DNA of 55,750 bases, taken from NCBI GenBank assembly GCA_964373805.1, contig CAYJWF010000008.1, positions 1 through 55,750 on the forward strand, given 5' to 3'. The translations under genes were made by a program, and so were the position numbers. Positions within the stretch are counted from its first letter, which is position 1, and each line of letters opens with the position of its first letter. Source of the stretch: an uncultured Planctomycetia bacterium (GTDB lineage: Bacteria; Omnitrophota; Gorgyraeia; 1-14-0-20-64-10). The notes beneath the pieces are model-generated. The model saw nothing but the letters and a program-made list of their open reading frames with translations, searched no databases and was not told the origin of the DNA. Shown piece after piece: positions 42,969 through 54,315 of the stretch.

Positions 42969-45900
42969 CCCACCCCTCCTCCAGAAGGTTCCTTCGGGCC
43001 CAACAGCTCCGCCACATTCTTGACCAGCTCAATATCGCGATGACCTTGGAACCCGGATCCCACCGGAACCAGGTGCCCCATGATCACGTTCTCTTTCAAT
43101 CCCAACAGCTCATCCCGCTTGCCGGCCGCGGCCGCCTCGCTTAAGACCCGGGTCGTCTCTTGGAAGCTGGCCGCGGAGATGAAGCTCTCGGTCGAGAGGG
43201 AGGCCTTGGTGATCCCGAGTAGGAGCTGGGTCGCGGAGGCAGGTTTCCCTCCCCGCTTCGTGACCCGCTCGTTCTCCACCTGGAATCGCCACTTGTCCAC
43301 CTGTTGACCGATGAGGAACTCCGTATCCCCGGGGTCATCGATTCGGACCTTGCGCAGCATCTGCCGAACGATCACCTCGATGTGCTTATCGTTGATCCGC
43401 ACCCCTTGGAGCCGATACACCTCCTGGATCTCGTTGACGAGATACCCCTGCAGCCACTTGTCTCCCCCAATGCGCAGGATGTCCTGAGGGACGACCGGCC
43501 CATCGATGAGCGGCTGCCCGGCGGTCACCCAATCCCCCTTGTAGACGTTCAGGTGCTTGCCATGCGGAATCAGGTACTCCCGTTTCATCCCGGTGGGGCT
43601 TTTGACGACGACCCGGCGCTGGCCCTTCTTTGACTCTCCGAACTCCACGACCCCGTCGATCTCGCTGATGATGGCCGGATCCTTTGGGCGTCTGGCCTCA
43701 AACAGCTCTGCCACTCGGGGAAGACCTCCGGTAATGTCCTTGGTCTTGGTGACCACCCGCGGGGTCTTGGCCAAAAGATCCCCGGCCTCCACCTTTTGAT
43801 TGTCCTTGACCACCACGTGGGCGCCGGCCGGAATCGGGTAGATCGCCATCACCTCCCCTTGGGAATTCACCACAATGAGCTGCGGATGGTACTCGCCTCG
43901 CTGTTCCATCACGATCCGTTCCGGCAGACCGGTGGCCGGGTCGATATCGGTCCGCATGGTGACGCCTTCCTTCAAATCCTCGTACCGAATCTTACCCGAA
44001 ACCTCGGTCAAGATCGGAACCGTGTAGGGATCCCATCGCACGAAGATCTCGTCCTTCGCCACCTTCTCCCCCTCGGTCCTTTTCAAGACCGCTCCGGGAG
44101 GGATCGCGTAACGTTCCAACTCCCGTCCGCTCTCGTCCAGGAGGGCCGCTTGGCCATTTCGATTGAGGACCACGTATTCCTTGGCCTTCTCGACCACCCG
44201 CAGATTATGGAACTTTAAGATTCCTCGATTCTTCGCCTTGATGTGGGAAACCTCGACCACTCGGAAGGCGGTTCCTCCAATGTGAAAGGTCCGCATGGTC
44301 AGCTGAGTCCCCGGTTCTCCGATCGACTGAGCGGCGACGATCCCCACCGCTTCTCCCAGGTCGACCAGTCGACCGGTGGCGAGATTCCGACCGTAGCAGC
44401 GGGCACAGACGCCGCGCTTCGCCTCGCAGGTCAAGACCGATCGGATCCGAATCTTCTCGATGCCCGCCTGTTCGATTCGCTCGGCCACCTCCTCCGTGAT
44501 CTCCTGCCCCACATCGACGATGGGGGTATCGGTCACCACATCGGCTATTCGGTCCAAGGCGACCCGGCCAACGATCCTCTCCTTAAGCGACACCACCACC
44601 TCATCCCCCTCGATGATGGCCCCCATGAAGATGCCTTTCAAGGTTCCACAATCCGCCCCGGTGATGGAGACGTCCTGAGCCACATCCACCAACCGCCGGG
44701 TGAGGTACCCTGAATCGGCGGTTTTCAAGGCCGTGTCGGCCAGGCCCTTGCGAGCCCCGTGGGTGGAGATGAAATACTCGAGGACCGTTAAACCCTCTCG
44801 GAAGTTCGCCGTAATCGGGCTCTCAATGATCTCGCCCGACGGCTTGGCCATCAGTCCCCGCATCCCAGAAAGCTGGCGGATCTGCTGCTTCGATCCTCGG
44901 GCTCCCGACTCGGCCATCATGAAGATCGGGTTAAAAGGATCCATCTCCTTGAAGATCAAGTCCGACACCTTGTCGGTGGCGTGGGTCCAAATGTCGATGA
45001 CCTTGTTGTACCGTTCCCCATCGGTGATGAGGCCTTTTTGGTATTGCCGATCCACCTCGGCCACCGATCCTAAGGCCTCCTTTAAGATCCTCTCCTTCTC
45101 TCGGGGAACCTGGAGGTTATCGATCGATATGGAAAGCCCTCCTCGGGTGGCCATCTCAAAGCCAAGCCTCTTCAAATCGTCCAACAACTGGACCGTCCGG
45201 GTATGACCACACCGTTTGTACACCTGAACGACGAGGTCGCTTAAGGTGTTCTTGTCCATGACCTGATTGGCAAACGGGATCTCCGGCGGCAGAAGATCGT
45301 TGAGTACGACCCGCCCGACGGTGGTTTCGATGATCTCGCCCTTCTCGCGGAGCTTGACCGCAGCATGCCCGACCACCACCGAATCCTCGTAGGCCACGAG
45401 CGCCTCCTCCCGAGAAGAGAAAAGCCGCCCCTCCCCCAAGGCCTTCGGTTTTTCTCGGGTCAAGTAGTGACAACCCAACACGATGTCTTGGGTCGGGGTC
45501 AGGATCGGCTGGCCGTTGGAGGGAGAGAAGATGTTGTTGGTGGACATCATGAGGAGCGTTGACTCCATCTGAGCCTCGATGGAAAGCGGCACATGGACCG
45601 CCATCTGATCCCCATCGAAGTCGGCGTTGAAGGCCGTGCAGACCAAGGGGTGAATCTTGATGGCCTTGCCCTCGATCAAGATCGGTTCAAAGGCTTGAAT
45701 GCCCAAACGATGAAGGGTCGGGGCTCGGTTCAAGAGGACCGGATGATCGCGGATCACCTCCTCCAAGATGTCCCAAACCTCCAGGCGCGCCCGCTCCACC
45801 ATCCGTTTGGCCGATTTGATCGTGTGGACAAAACCCCGCTCTCGAAGCTTCTTGATGATGAACGGCTCAAACAGCTCCAGGGCCATCTTCTTAGGCAGCC

Positions 45901-47068
45901 CGCACTGACGGAGTTTGAGCTCCGGTCCAATGACGATCACCGATCGACCGGAGTAGTCCACCCGTTTGCCTAAGAGGTTCTGTCGAAAGCGGCCCTGCTT
46001 GCCTTTCAGCATGTCGGCCAACGACTTCAAAGGCCGGTTCCCCGGCCCCAACACGGGGCGTCCGTGGCGGCCGTTATCGAAGAGGGCGTCCACCGCCTCC
46101 TGGAGCATCCGCTTTTCGTTGCGAACGATCACATCGGGCGCCTTGAGCTCCATGAGCTTCTTCAACCGGTTGTTCCGATTGATCACCCGCCGGTAAAGGT
46201 CGTTTAAGTCGCTGGTCGCGAATCGGCCGCCGTCTAACGGAACCAAGGGCCTTAAGTCCGGAGGAATGACGGGGATCGCGGAAAGAACCATCCACTCCGG
46301 CCGGTTCCCGGATTTCCGGTAGCTGTCCACCACCCGAAGGATCTTGACCAGCTTCTTCACGACCTGCTCCCCTTTGGCGGTCTTCAAGTCCCGTTTGGCC
46401 TTCTCGACGATCTTGTCGAGGTCCAGCTCCCTCAACATCTCCCGGACCGCCTCCCCCCCCATCCCGGCTTTGAACGTATGCCCGTATTTCTTTAAGGCCT
46501 CCTGATACCGTTCCTCGGTCAACAGTTCCTTCTTCCTTAATGGGGTGTCGCCAGAATCGATGACCACGTACTCCTCGTAGTAGATGACCCGCTCCAAATC
46601 GCGAAGGTTCATATCGAGCATCGTCCCCAGGCGGCTGGGGATCGCCTTGAAGAACCAGATGTGGGTGACCGGAGCCGCCAGCTCCATGTGTCCCATCCGT
46701 TCCCGACGGACCCGAGACCGGGTCACCTCCACCCCACAACGATCGCAGACGATCCCTTTGTGCTTGATCCGTTTGTATTTCCCGCAGTTACACTCCCAAT
46801 CCTTGGTGGGCCCAAAGATCCGCTCGCAGAAGAGTCCGTCCTTCTCGGGCTTCAGCGTCCGGTAGTTGATCGTCTCCGGTTTCCTCACCTCTCCCCGAGA
46901 CCAGGAACGGATCACCTCCGGGGAGGCCAGCCGAATCGAAATGGTGTCAAAGGCCGCCGTTTCCGAAACGACGGGCTCTGGAGCAATCCCCAAGCCCCGC
47001 GCGGCCCGTTCGACTCCCTCGAGACTCTCCCGTTCCAACCGATCCAGCTCTTTGGTACGATCCACCAT
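42965..47068 (-). CDS. rpoC: DNA-directed RNA polymerase subunit beta'
   Basis: About 1367 aa with a zinc finger ([20 protein letters not shown]) and the catalytic NADFDGDQM motif. The ATG at 47068 lies 6 nt after AGGAG and is preferred over the TTG at 47071 used by the ORF track. Confidence 0.97.
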   Translation of the reverse strand: MVDRTKELDRLERESLEGVERAARGLGIAPEPVVSETAAFDTISIRLASPEVIRSWSRGEVRKPETINYRTLKPEKDGLFCERIFGPTKDWECNCGKYKRIKHKGIVCDRCGVEVTRSRVRRERMGHMELAAPVTHIWFFKAIPSRLGTMLDMNLRDLERVIYYEEYVVIDSGDTPLRKKELLTEERYQEALKKYGHTFKAGMGGEAVREMLRELDLDKIVEKAKRDLKTAKGEQVVKKLVKILRVVDSYRKSGNRPEWMVLSAIPVIPPDLRPLVPLDGGRFATSDLNDLYRRVINRNNRLKKLMELKAPDVIVRNEKRMLQEAVDALFDNGRHGRPVLGPGNRPLKSLADMLKGKQGRFRQNLLGKRVDYSGRSVIVIGPELKLRQCGLPKKMALELFEPFIIKKLRERGFVHTIKSAKRMVERARLEVWDILEEVIRDHPVLLNRAPTLHRLGIQAFEPILIEGKAIKIHPLVCTAFNADFDGDQMAVHVPLSIEAQMESTLLMMSTNNIFSPSNGQPILTPTQDIVLGCHYLTREKPKALGEGRLFSSREEALVAYEDSVVVGHAAVKLREKGEIIETTVGRVVLNDLLPPEIPFANQVMDKNTLSDLVVQVYKRCGHTRTVQLLDDLKRLGFEMATRGGLSISIDNLQVPREKERILKEALGSVAEVDRQYQKGLITDGERYNKVIDIWTHATDKVSDLIFKEMDPFNPIFMMAESGARGSKQQIRQLSGMRGLMAKPSGEIIESPITANFREGLTVLEYFISTHGARKGLADTALKTADSGYLTRRLVDVAQDVSITGADCGTLKGIFMGAIIEGDEVVVSLKERIVGRVALDRIADVVTDTPIVDVGQEITEEVAERIEQAGIEKIRIRSVLTCEAKRGVCARCYGRNLATGRLVDLGEAVGIVAAQSIGEPGTQLTMRTFHIGGTAFRVVEVSHIKAKNRGILKFHNLRVVEKAKEYVVLNRNGQAALLDESGRELERYAIPPGAVLKRTEGEKVAKDEIFVRWDPYTVPILTEVSGKIRYEDLKEGVTMRTDIDPATGLPERIVMEQRGEYHPQLIVVNSQGEVMAIYPIPAGAHVVVKDNQKVEAGDLLAKTPRVVTKTKDITGGLPRVAELFEARRPKDPAIISEIDGVVEFGESKKGQRRVVVKSPTGMKREYLIPHGKHLNVYKGDWVTAGQPLIDGPVVPQDILRIGGDKWLQGYLVNEIQEVYRLQGVRINDKHIEVIVRQMLRKVRIDDPGDTEFLIGQQVDKWRFQVENERVTKRGGKPASATQLLLGITKASLSTESFISAASFQETTRVLSEAAAAGKRDELLGLKENVIMGHLVPVGSGFQGHRDIELVKNVAELLGPKEPSGGGVG

Positions 47069-47089
47069 CAAGATCTCCTATCTAACCTG

Positions 47090-47304
47090 TCCAGGGTCAT
47101 CCCCTCGAAAGAGGGGATCCTCGCTTTCGCGAGGATGACATTCGGCCGGCCCCCCAAGTTTCGTTTTGCTTCGCCCCGTGGAATGCGAAGCATTCCCGGG
47201 GCTCAGTCCTGGAAATCGCTTCGCGATTTCTCAGGGCAAACGAAACAAAACGTGGGGGGCTAGCGGACTTGCGTCGTTTCTCTCGGCCAAGTCCAGGCCT
47301 CATG
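47090..47304 (-). repeat. F1 element with nested hairpin modules (rpoB-rpoC spacer)
   Basis: The RNA sense from the rpoB stop begins TGACATGAGGCCTGGACTTGGCCGAGAGAAACGACGCAAGTCC. A long imperfect hairpin follows (CCCCCCA.../...TGGGGGG) enclosing GAAATCGC-GAA-GCGATTTC and GAATGC-TTC-GCATTC. It ends GGCCGAATGTCATCCTCGCGAAAGCGAGGATCCCCTCTTTCGAGGGGATGACC. Confidence 0.8.
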
Positions 47305-50300
47305 TCACTTCTTCTTTTCGGTTCGAATGTCCAAACAGAGACTCTGCAGCTCCTTGACCAAGACGTTGAACGACTCCGGGGTCCCTGGCTGCAGGGTATG
47401 TTCGCCCTTGACGATCAACTCGTAGATCTTGGTTCGGCCCTCCACATCGTCCGACTTGACGGTCAACAGCTCTTGGAGCGTATAGGCCGCCCCATAGGCC
47501 TCCAAGGCCCAGACCTCCATCTCCCCGAACCGCTGACCCCCAAATTGCGCCTTGCCGCCCAACGGCTGCTGGGTCACCAAAGAATAAGGACCGATGGAGC
47601 GGGCATGGATCTTGTCATCGACCAAGTGGGCCAGCTTCATCATGTAGATGTAGCCGACGGTCACCTTTTGAGCAAAGGAATCCCCCAACAGACCATCCCG
47701 CAGAGGAATCTGCCCATCCGGTGGAAGTCCCGCCTCCTTCATCAGGCTCTTGATCTCCGACTCCTTAGCCCCATCAAAAACCGGCGAGGTAATCTGCCAT
47801 CCCAACACCTTCGCCGCCCAACCCAAGTGGGTCTCTAAGATTTGTCCAACGTTCATCCGGGAGGGAACCCCTAAGGGATTCAAGACGATCTCGACCGGGG
47901 TCCCATCCGGCAGAAACGGCATGTCCTCCTCGGGAAGAATCTTGGCGATGACCCCTTTGTTCCCATGCCGTCCGGCCACCTTGTCCCCCACCTGGACCTT
48001 GCGCTTGGAGGCCACGTAGACGACCACCTTCTTCAAGACTCCCGGCGGCAGCTCGTCGCCTCTTTTCAGATGGTCGATCTCCCGGTCCTCCTCAAAATTC
48101 AATTCTTCCAACCGGTCGTTTAAGGCCTTTAAGAGCTTGCGAACCTCTTCGGTCTTCTCCTTGTCCTGAAGGCGAATCTCCTCGAGATCCGCCCGTTCCA
48201 GCTTGGAGGTATCGCTGGCGCGAATCGTCCGGGGAGCCGCCAACAAAGGTTTCCCAGACTCCTCCTCGAGGATGGAACCCTCGAGGCGCTGGCCGACCAA
48301 GAGCTTCCCTAAGGTCTTGACCCTCTCCCTCTTCAAGGCCTTCCTCTGGTTCTGATACCCCTTGTGGATTTGATCGATCTTGGCCTGTTCCTCGGTCATC
48401 TCCTCTTTGGAACGAGGCCTGGCCTTCTTGCGCGTGAATACCCGAATGTCCACGACGATCCCCTCGACCCCCGGCGGCACGACGAGGCTGGCGTCCCGCA
48501 CGTCCCCGGCCTTCTCTCCAAAGATCGCCCGAAGGAGCCGTTCTTCCGGCGACTGCTCCGTTTCCGATTTCGGGACCACCTTGCCGACCAGGATGTCGCC
48601 GGGATGAACCTCCGCCCCGATCCGGGTAATCCCGTGCTCGTCTAAATCCTTCAAGACCTCTTCCCCGACGTTGGGGATGTCTCGGGTAATCTCTTCGTTC
48701 CCCAAACGGGTATCCCGCGCTTCAATTTCAAACTCTTCGACATGAACGGAGGTGAAGATGTCGTCTCGAACGAGCCGCTCGCTGACCAAGATCGCGTCCT
48801 CAAAGTTGTATCCCCGCCACGGCATAAAGGCGACCAAAAGATTCCTCCCCAACGCCAGAATCCCATCTCTCGTACCGGACCCATCGGCGATCGGCTGACC
48901 GGCCTGAACCTTCTGTCCTACCTTTACCAAAGGCCGCTGATTGACGCAGGTGTTGGCGTTGGAACGCTGAAACTTCCTTAACGGAATCGTTTCCCGCTCG
49001 ATGACGATCCGGTGGGCCTCCATCTCCCGGACCACCCCCCCGCAAGGGGCCAGGACCAGCGCTCCAGAATCTTTAGCGACCCGAGCCTCCATCCCGGTGC
49101 CGATCAACGGGGGTTCGGGAAAAAGCAGGGGCACCGCTTGCCGCTGCATGTTCGATCCCATGAGGGCTCGGTTGGCGTCGTCGTGTTCTAAGAAAGGGAT
49201 GAGAGACGCCGCCACCGAAACCAGCTGTTTGGGAGAGATGTCTTTAAACTGCACCTGATCCGGCCGAACGACCGGGAAATCGCCTCGGTAGCGACAGGAG
49301 ACCAATGGGTCCATGAAGCGGCCGGATTCGTCCACCCGGGCATTGGCCTGGGCGATCGTGTAGCGATCCTCTTCATCGCCCGATAGGAATTTGACCGATC
49401 GGGTCACCCGTCCCTTCTCGACCACCCAATACGGCGTCTCGATGAATCCAAAGTCGTTGACCTGAGCGTACGTGGAGAGGCTCGCGATCAAGCCGATGTT
49501 GGGGCCCTCCGGTGTCTCGATGGGACAAATCCGGCCGTAGTGTGAGTAGTGGACATCGCGCACTTCGAAACCGGCTCTCTTGCGCGAGAGGCCCCCGGGC
49601 CCCAACGCGGAGAGGCGACGCTTGTGGGTGAGCTCCGCCAAGGGGTTGGTCTGATCCAAGAACTGGGAAAGCTGGGAGCGGCCGAAGAAATCCCGGACGA
49701 GGCCGGAGACCAACTTCGCGTTGATCAACTGGTGCGGCATGGTGGCGTCCATGTCGTAGATTCCCATCCGCTCGCGGACCGCGTGGTCGATGCGGGCCAA
49801 GGCCATCCGGAACTGATTCTGAAGAAGTTCCCCCACCGTCCGAACCCGACGGGAACCCAGATGATCGATGTCGTCCACCTCTCCCTGTCCGGATTTCAAT
49901 TGAATCAGGTATTTCAAGACCGCCAAGACGGTCGGGGAATCCAAGATCCGGTCGCTTAACTCCCTCGTCATCCCGAGCTTCCGATTGAGGATGTACCGAC
50001 CGACGCGGCCTAAGTCGTACCGTCGGGGATCGAAGTAGAGGCGGGTCAACAAGCTCTGGGCCGATACCAGCGTGGCCGGATCCCCCGGACGCAATTTCCG
50101 GAAGATGTCGAGTACCGAGTCTTCGCGGGTCTTCAAACGATCCTTCTCGAACGTTCGCTGGATCTCCGGAACCAGCCGCTTCAATACCTTCAGTTCCCGG
50201 ATCTCCGAGTTCCACACCATGGTGAGGTGTTCCTTGGACAGCTTCTCGAAACGAGGAACCAGTACCGCATGGGTCTGGGGATCCACGAGGTCGACGGCCA

Positions 50301-50988
50301 ACACCCGGCCCACGGCGTTCTTGACATCGGACATCTCGTGGGCCTTGATCGTCTCCACCCCGCAGAAGGCCTCTAGGATCTCCTCGTCCGATCCGGCCCC
50401 CGTAGCCCTTAAGAAGGTGGTGACCAGGACTTTTCGACGGCGATCGATCAGGGCGTACCAGGTATCGGTCAGGTCAAACTCAAATTCCAGCCAAGCCCCG
50501 CGGTAAGGGATGATTCGCGCCGTGTACATCCGTTTTCCATTCGGATGGATCTCCTCCTCGAAGAAAACCCCCGGAGAGCGGTGAAGCTGACTGACCACCA
50601 CCCGTTCGTCGCCGTTGACGATGAAGGTGCCCGTAGAGGTCATGAGGGGGATGTCCCCTAAGTAAACCTCCTGCTCCTTCATCTCCTTCGGGGAGCGAAG
50701 CCGAAGCTTGACGCTCAAAGGAGCGGCAAAGGTCAAGCCCCGCCGTTGGGCCTCGAGGGAATCGTACTTGGGTTTGCCCACGTTGTAGGAAAGAAATTCC
50801 AATCGGCATTTCTGATCGGAACTCTCGATGGGGAAGACCTCGTTGAACACCTCCTGTAAGCCCTGATTCTCTCGACGGGTCCTCGGCAGATCGAGCTGCA
50901 AAAAGTCGACGTAGGGCTTGACTTGGATCCCCAGCAGAGCCGGCAACTGGAACTGTTCCGGGATCCGCCCGAAATGCTTCTGCTTCAC
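47305..50988 (-). CDS. rpoB: DNA-directed RNA polymerase subunit beta
   Basis: 1227 aa, diagnostic RpoB. The GTG start overlaps the rplL stop (GTGA). Confidence 0.97.
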   Translation of the reverse strand: MKQKHFGRIPEQFQLPALLGIQVKPYVDFLQLDLPRTRRENQGLQEVFNEVFPIESSDQKCRLEFLSYNVGKPKYDSLEAQRRGLTFAAPLSVKLRLRSPKEMKEQEVYLGDIPLMTSTGTFIVNGDERVVVSQLHRSPGVFFEEEIHPNGKRMYTARIIPYRGAWLEFEFDLTDTWYALIDRRRKVLVTTFLRATGAGSDEEILEAFCGVETIKAHEMSDVKNAVGRVLAVDLVDPQTHAVLVPRFEKLSKEHLTMVWNSEIRELKVLKRLVPEIQRTFEKDRLKTREDSVLDIFRKLRPGDPATLVSAQSLLTRLYFDPRRYDLGRVGRYILNRKLGMTRELSDRILDSPTVLAVLKYLIQLKSGQGEVDDIDHLGSRRVRTVGELLQNQFRMALARIDHAVRERMGIYDMDATMPHQLINAKLVSGLVRDFFGRSQLSQFLDQTNPLAELTHKRRLSALGPGGLSRKRAGFEVRDVHYSHYGRICPIETPEGPNIGLIASLSTYAQVNDFGFIETPYWVVEKGRVTRSVKFLSGDEEDRYTIAQANARVDESGRFMDPLVSCRYRGDFPVVRPDQVQFKDISPKQLVSVAASLIPFLEHDDANRALMGSNMQRQAVPLLFPEPPLIGTGMEARVAKDSGALVLAPCGGVVREMEAHRIVIERETIPLRKFQRSNANTCVNQRPLVKVGQKVQAGQPIADGSGTRDGILALGRNLLVAFMPWRGYNFEDAILVSERLVRDDIFTSVHVEEFEIEARDTRLGNEEITRDIPNVGEEVLKDLDEHGITRIGAEVHPGDILVGKVVPKSETEQSPEERLLRAIFGEKAGDVRDASLVVPPGVEGIVVDIRVFTRKKARPRSKEEMTEEQAKIDQIHKGYQNQRKALKRERVKTLGKLLVGQRLEGSILEEESGKPLLAAPRTIRASDTSKLERADLEEIRLQDKEKTEEVRKLLKALNDRLEELNFEEDREIDHLKRGDELPPGVLKKVVVYVASKRKVQVGDKVAGRHGNKGVIAKILPEEDMPFLPDGTPVEIVLNPLGVPSRMNVGQILETHLGWAAKVLGWQITSPVFDGAKESEIKSLMKEAGLPPDGQIPLRDGLLGDSFAQKVTVGYIYMMKLAHLVDDKIHARSIGPYSLVTQQPLGGKAQFGGQRFGEMEVWALEAYGAAYTLQELLTVKSDDVEGRTKIYELIVKGEHTLQPGTPESFNVLVKELQSLCLDIRTEKKK

Positions 50989-51380
50989 TTCAACTCCACC
51001 TTGGCGCCCACCGCCTCCAGCTTCTCCTTCATCGTTTTGGCCTCTTCCTTCGAGGCCCCCGCCTTAATCGGCTTAGGCGCCGCCTCGACCAAGTCCTTGG
51101 CTTCTTTAAGACCTAAGTTGGTCACAGCTCTCAGTTCCTTGATCACCTGGATCTTATTGGCTCCCACCTCGGCCAAGATCACATCGAAGGTCGCCTTCTC
51201 TTCGGCGGCGGCCGCCCCCGGGGCGGCTTGGGCCCCTGCCGCTTGACTTGGAGCGGCCACGGTTAAGGCCGCGGCGGAAACCCCAAACTTCTCCTCAATC
51301 CCTTTCACCAATTTGTTCAAATCGAGCACCGTCCAGCTCTCGATCGACTCCAACACGTCGTTCACCAATACCTTCGCCAT
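50985..51380 (-). CDS. rplL: 50S ribosomal protein L7/L12
   Basis: 131 aa with an Ala-rich hinge and C-terminal domain ([24 protein letters not shown]). Confidence 0.97.
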   Translation of the reverse strand: MAKVLVNDVLESIESWTVLDLNKLVKGIEEKFGVSAAALTVAAPSQAAGAQAAPGAAAAEEKATFDVILAEVGANKIQVIKELRAVTNLGLKEAKDLVEAAPKPIKAGASKEEAKTMKEKLEAVGAKVELK

Positions 51381-51393
51381 GGCATTCCTCTCC

Positions 51394-51972
51394 TTACGCT
51401 TTTTTCTGTCGAACCGCCTCGACCACCATCGCCAAAGAGCGCATCGGGGCCGTCAACAGGAAGACGAGATTCCGAAGAGGAGACTGCGCGACCCCCGCCA
51501 CCAAAGCCAGCAAGACCTCTCTCGATGGAAGCTCAGCCAATCCGATGAGATCCTGGGGCAAAACCGGCTCGCCGTCTAAGATCCCGCCGGCTAAGACAAA
51601 TCCCTCGTGCTCCTTCGAGAAATTCCTTAACACTCGGCAAACCGCCGTCGGCTCGGAACGGACCGTGGCCACGGCACAGGTGCCTTTTAACGTCTCTTGA
51701 AGGCCGGGCCACCCCAAATCTCGGAAGGCCATCGCCCCCAAATTGTTCTTCACCACCCAAAAAGTGGACTCCAAAGGTTTTAAGCTGTTTCGTAGCGCAT
51801 TGACCTCCTTGGTCGAAACCTTCTCCAAACGGGCCACCACGAGCGTCTCTACTCCAGAAAGAGTCTTTTTCAAATCTCGAACCAGCCCAACCCGGACCTT
51901 CCGCCCCACTCGGTCGAGAGAACCATTCGGTGGTGTCTTCTCAGGCTCTAACGCCGCTTCGGGTACGCTCAT
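51394..51972 (-). CDS. rplJ: 50S ribosomal protein L10
   Basis: 192 aa with a diagnostic uL10 core. The first roughly 20 aa are an unusual extension. The ATG overlaps the rplA stop (ATGA). A downstream start cannot be excluded. Confidence 0.93.
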   Translation of the reverse strand: MSVPEAALEPEKTPPNGSLDRVGRKVRVGLVRDLKKTLSGVETLVVARLEKVSTKEVNALRNSLKPLESTFWVVKNNLGAMAFRDLGWPGLQETLKGTCAVATVRSEPTAVCRVLRNFSKEHEGFVLAGGILDGEPVLPQDLIGLAELPSREVLLALVAGVAQSPLRNLVFLLTAPMRSLAMVVEAVRQKKA

Positions 51973-52664
51973 CCTACGGCAGGACGCCCTTGCGTCGGAT
52001 CCAGTCGAATGCCGGGTCCCATGGTGCTGGAAAGACAGAGCCCCCGAACGTAACGACCCTTAGCGGAGGCCGGCTTTACCTTCCAGATCGCCTCCAACAC
52101 CGCTAATCCGTTGGCCGCCAACATCTCCTCCGAGAAAGAGCGTTTGCCAATTCCTAAATGGATATCGGCCTGCTTGTCTAGTTTAAACTCGATCTTGCCC
52201 CGTTTCACCTCTTGGACGGCTCGAGCCACATCGTTGGTGACGGTGCCTGCCTTAGGGCTAGGCATGAGCCCCCGAGGACCCAGGAGCTTTCCGAGCTTTC
52301 CTACCTCCTTCATCAAATCGGGGGTCGCGATCACCACATCGAAATCCAGCCACCCTCCCTGAATCTTCTGGATGAGATCTTCCGCCCCCACGAGATCGGC
52401 CCCTGCTTCCTTGGCTTGTCGTTCCGCCTCCCCCTTGGCCAAGACGAGCACCTTGACGGACTTTCCGGTCCCGTGCGGTAAGAGAACCGTCCCCCGAACC
52501 GTCTGATCGGTCTGCTTAGGGTCGACGTCGAGATCCAGACTCAGTTCCACGGTCTCATCGAACTTGAGGGGAGCCGCCTTCTTGAGTAAAGCGACCCCCT
52601 CTCGGAGGCTGTACCGCTTTCCCGGTGTGATGAGCTTCTTGACCTCGGCCATTCGCTTGCTCAT
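51969..52664 (-). CDS. rplA: 50S ribosomal protein L1
   Basis: 231 aa, diagnostic uL1. Confidence 0.97.
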   Translation of the reverse strand: MSKRMAEVKKLITPGKRYSLREGVALLKKAAPLKFDETVELSLDLDVDPKQTDQTVRGTVLLPHGTGKSVKVLVLAKGEAERQAKEAGADLVGAEDLIQKIQGGWLDFDVVIATPDLMKEVGKLGKLLGPRGLMPSPKAGTVTNDVARAVQEVKRGKIEFKLDKQADIHLGIGKRSFSEEMLAANGLAVLEAIWKVKPASAKGRYVRGLCLSSTMGPGIRLDPTQGRPAVG

Positions 52665-53110
52665 GGTTCGACTCCGCTCACCACAGGCCCTACCACCTCA
52701 ATTCCCATGGAACGGGCCGTTCCTTCCACCTGCTTGACCGCCTGTTCCAGCGAGTCCGTATTGAGGTCCTTCAGCTTCTTCTGAGCAATCTCTCGAACCT
52801 TGGAGCGGGGAACTTGACCGACCTTTTCCTTATTCGGTGTCCCCGAGGCCTTGGCCACTCCACAGGCCTGCTTTAAGAGCACCGAAGCCGGAGGGCTTTT
52901 AATGATAAAGGAAAAGCTCTTGTCTTCGTACGCCGTGATGACCACCGGCAACAGCAGCCCCTCTTGACCCTTGGTCTTCTCGTTGAAGTTCTTGCAGAAC
53001 TCCATGATGTTGAGGCCGTGGGACCCCAACGCCGGTCCCACCGGCGGAGCCGGGTTGGCTTGGCCCCCGGGACAGTACAATTTGATCGTGGCGGTAACCT
53101 TCTTCGGCAC
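52661..53110 (-). CDS. rplK: 50S ribosomal protein L11
   Basis: 149 aa, diagnostic uL11 ([21 protein letters not shown]). Confidence 0.97.
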   Translation of the reverse strand: MPKKVTATIKLYCPGGQANPAPPVGPALGSHGLNIMEFCKNFNEKTKGQEGLLLPVVITAYEDKSFSFIIKSPPASVLLKQACGVAKASGTPNKEKVGQVPRSKVREIAQKKLKDLNTDSLEQAVKQVEGTARSMGIEVVGPVVSGVEP

Positions 53111-53117
53111 GGCGCCT

Positions 53118-53681
53118 TTAACCCTTTTCCACCTGCCAATACTCCAACTCCACGGGGGTAGCCCGCTGGAAGATGGAGACCATCACCTTCAACTTCCCCT
53201 TCTCCGGATTGATCTCTTCGATGATTCCCGTAAAGTTGTTGAACGGCCCATCGATGATCCGAACCCCTTCTCCCTTCTCAAAGATCACCTTAGGAGTGGG
53301 TTTCTCCATCTTCTCTTGGGCCGCGGTCAAGATTTGGTTGACCTCTTCCTCTTTCAAGGGAACCGGCCGCGTCCCAGAACCGACGAAACCGGAAACCCCC
53401 GGGGTGTTGCGGACCACGTACCAGCTGTCGTCGGTGAGCGCCATCTGAACCAACACGTAACCCGGGAAAACACGGCGCTCCGAGATCTTCTTCTTCCCGG
53501 CCTTCACCTCCGAGACCTTCTCCATGGGCACCAGCACTTGGGAAATGGAGCCCAAAGCCTCGGCCGCATCGGCCGCCCGCTGGAGAGACGATCGAACCTT
53601 CTCTTCCTGACCGGTCAAGGTGTGGATCACGTACCACTGCTTTTCCACTAACGGACCACCCAGCTCATCAGGCGGGCGCAT
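53118..53681 (-). CDS. nusG: transcription termination/antitermination factor NusG
   Basis: Has the NGN domain ([16 protein letters not shown]) and a KOW motif. The start is ambiguous. The ATG at 53681 overlaps secE by 34 nt. The GTG at 53648 (VEKQWYV) overlaps the secE TAG by 1 nt and fits homologs at least as well. Confidence 0.93.
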   Translation of the reverse strand: MRPPDELGGPLVEKQWYVIHTLTGQEEKVRSSLQRAADAAEALGSISQVLVPMEKVSEVKAGKKKISERRVFPGYVLVQMALTDDSWYVVRNTPGVSGFVGSGTRPVPLKEEEVNQILTAAQEKMEKPTPKVIFEKGEGVRIIDGPFNNFTGIIEEINPEKGKLKVMVSIFQRATPVELEYWQVEKG

Positions 53682-53839
53682 AGGAAATCGAAGATCCCGA
53701 TGACGAGAGAGAGCAGCGCTCCCGTGGCCAACACCACCTTGGTCGATTCCAAAAGTTCCCGTGGCGGCGGCCAGGAAACCTGGGCCATTTCGCTCCGGAC
53801 ATCCCTCAAGAAGGCCACCACGTTTTTCAATACCGACAC
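53648..53839 (-). CDS. secE: preprotein translocase subunit SecE
   Basis: 63 aa with a single TM and the motif FLRDVRSEMAQVSWP. GTG start. The position between tRNA-Trp and nusG is canonical. Confidence 0.92.
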   Translation of the reverse strand: MSVLKNVVAFLRDVRSEMAQVSWPPPRELLESTKVVLATGALLSLVIGIFDFLCARLMSWVVR

Positions 53840-53940
53840 CGTTGATCAGATCCCCTTCCTATAGACAAAAAACCCCTCGGCATTTCCCTACCCTTGAAGC
53901 CCCGGTCGAAGGGTACACCCCTGCCGCCGCCCTAGTTGAT

Positions 53941-54011
53941 CAGGAGCGGCAGGAGTCGAACCTGCAGTCCCGGTTTTGGAGACCGGTGGTTTACCGTTAA
54001 CCGACGCTCCT
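53941..54011 (-). tRNA. tRNA-Trp (anticodon CCA)
   Basis: Folded by hand. Acceptor AGGAGCG/CGCTCCT, D stem GGTT/AACC, anticodon stem CCGGT/ACCGG with loop CTCCAAA, T arm GCAGG-TTCGACT-CCTGC, discriminator G. The CCA end is not encoded. Confidence 0.9.
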
Positions 54012-54165
54012 TCACCTAACAGCAGGCCTGTCATTGCGAGGCCCGAAGGGCCGAAGCAATCCGACTCGAAGAGTCATCCCCTCGAACGTCATCCTCCCTT
54101 CCGTGAGGATGACGTTCGACCAACGGACTTACGCTGGTACCTCTCGCGTAAGTCCGGGTCTCATG
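54012..54165 (-). repeat. F1 element plus F5 module (rpmG-tRNA-Trp spacer)
   Basis: The RNA sense from the rpmG stop reads TGACATGAGACCCGGACTTACGCGAGAGGTACCAGCGTAAGTCCGTTGGTCGAACGTCATCCTCACGGAAGGGAGGATGACGTTCGAGGGGATGACTCTTCGAGTCGGATTGCTTCGGCCCTTCGGGCCTCGCAATGAC. Confidence 0.8.
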
Positions 54166-54315
54166 TCATTTGGTTTCGCGGTGAAGGGTGTGGGTCCGAC
54201 AAAACCGGCAGTACTTCTTCAGCTCCAACCGATCGGCATGGATCTTCTTATTCCGGGTGGTGGAATAGTTCCGCCGCTGGCATTGGGCGCAGGCCAAGGT
54301 CGCCAACTCACGCAC
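54166..54315 (-). CDS. rpmG: 50S ribosomal protein L33
   Basis: Below the ORF-track cut-off. Hand translation gives (M)[48 protein letters not shown]. The GTG at 54315 immediately follows the tuf TAA. Confidence 0.92.
   Translation of the reverse strand: MRELATLACAQCQRRNYSTTRNKKIHADRLELKKYCRFCRTHTLHRETK

Noticed and set aside
53840-53940. Possible intrinsic terminator after tRNA-Trp (T6 run at about 53866-53871 on the RNA)
   Set aside because: The only stem nearby (TACCCTT/AAGGGTA) ends about 16 nt before the T-run and has a 13-nt loop. This geometry does not fit a canonical terminator. secE follows immediately.
25882-54165. F1/F2 hairpins as Rho-independent terminators
   Set aside because: None of the GC-rich stems is followed by a U-tract on the transcribed strand. 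They also sit inside operons whose downstream genes are essential, so read-through must occur.
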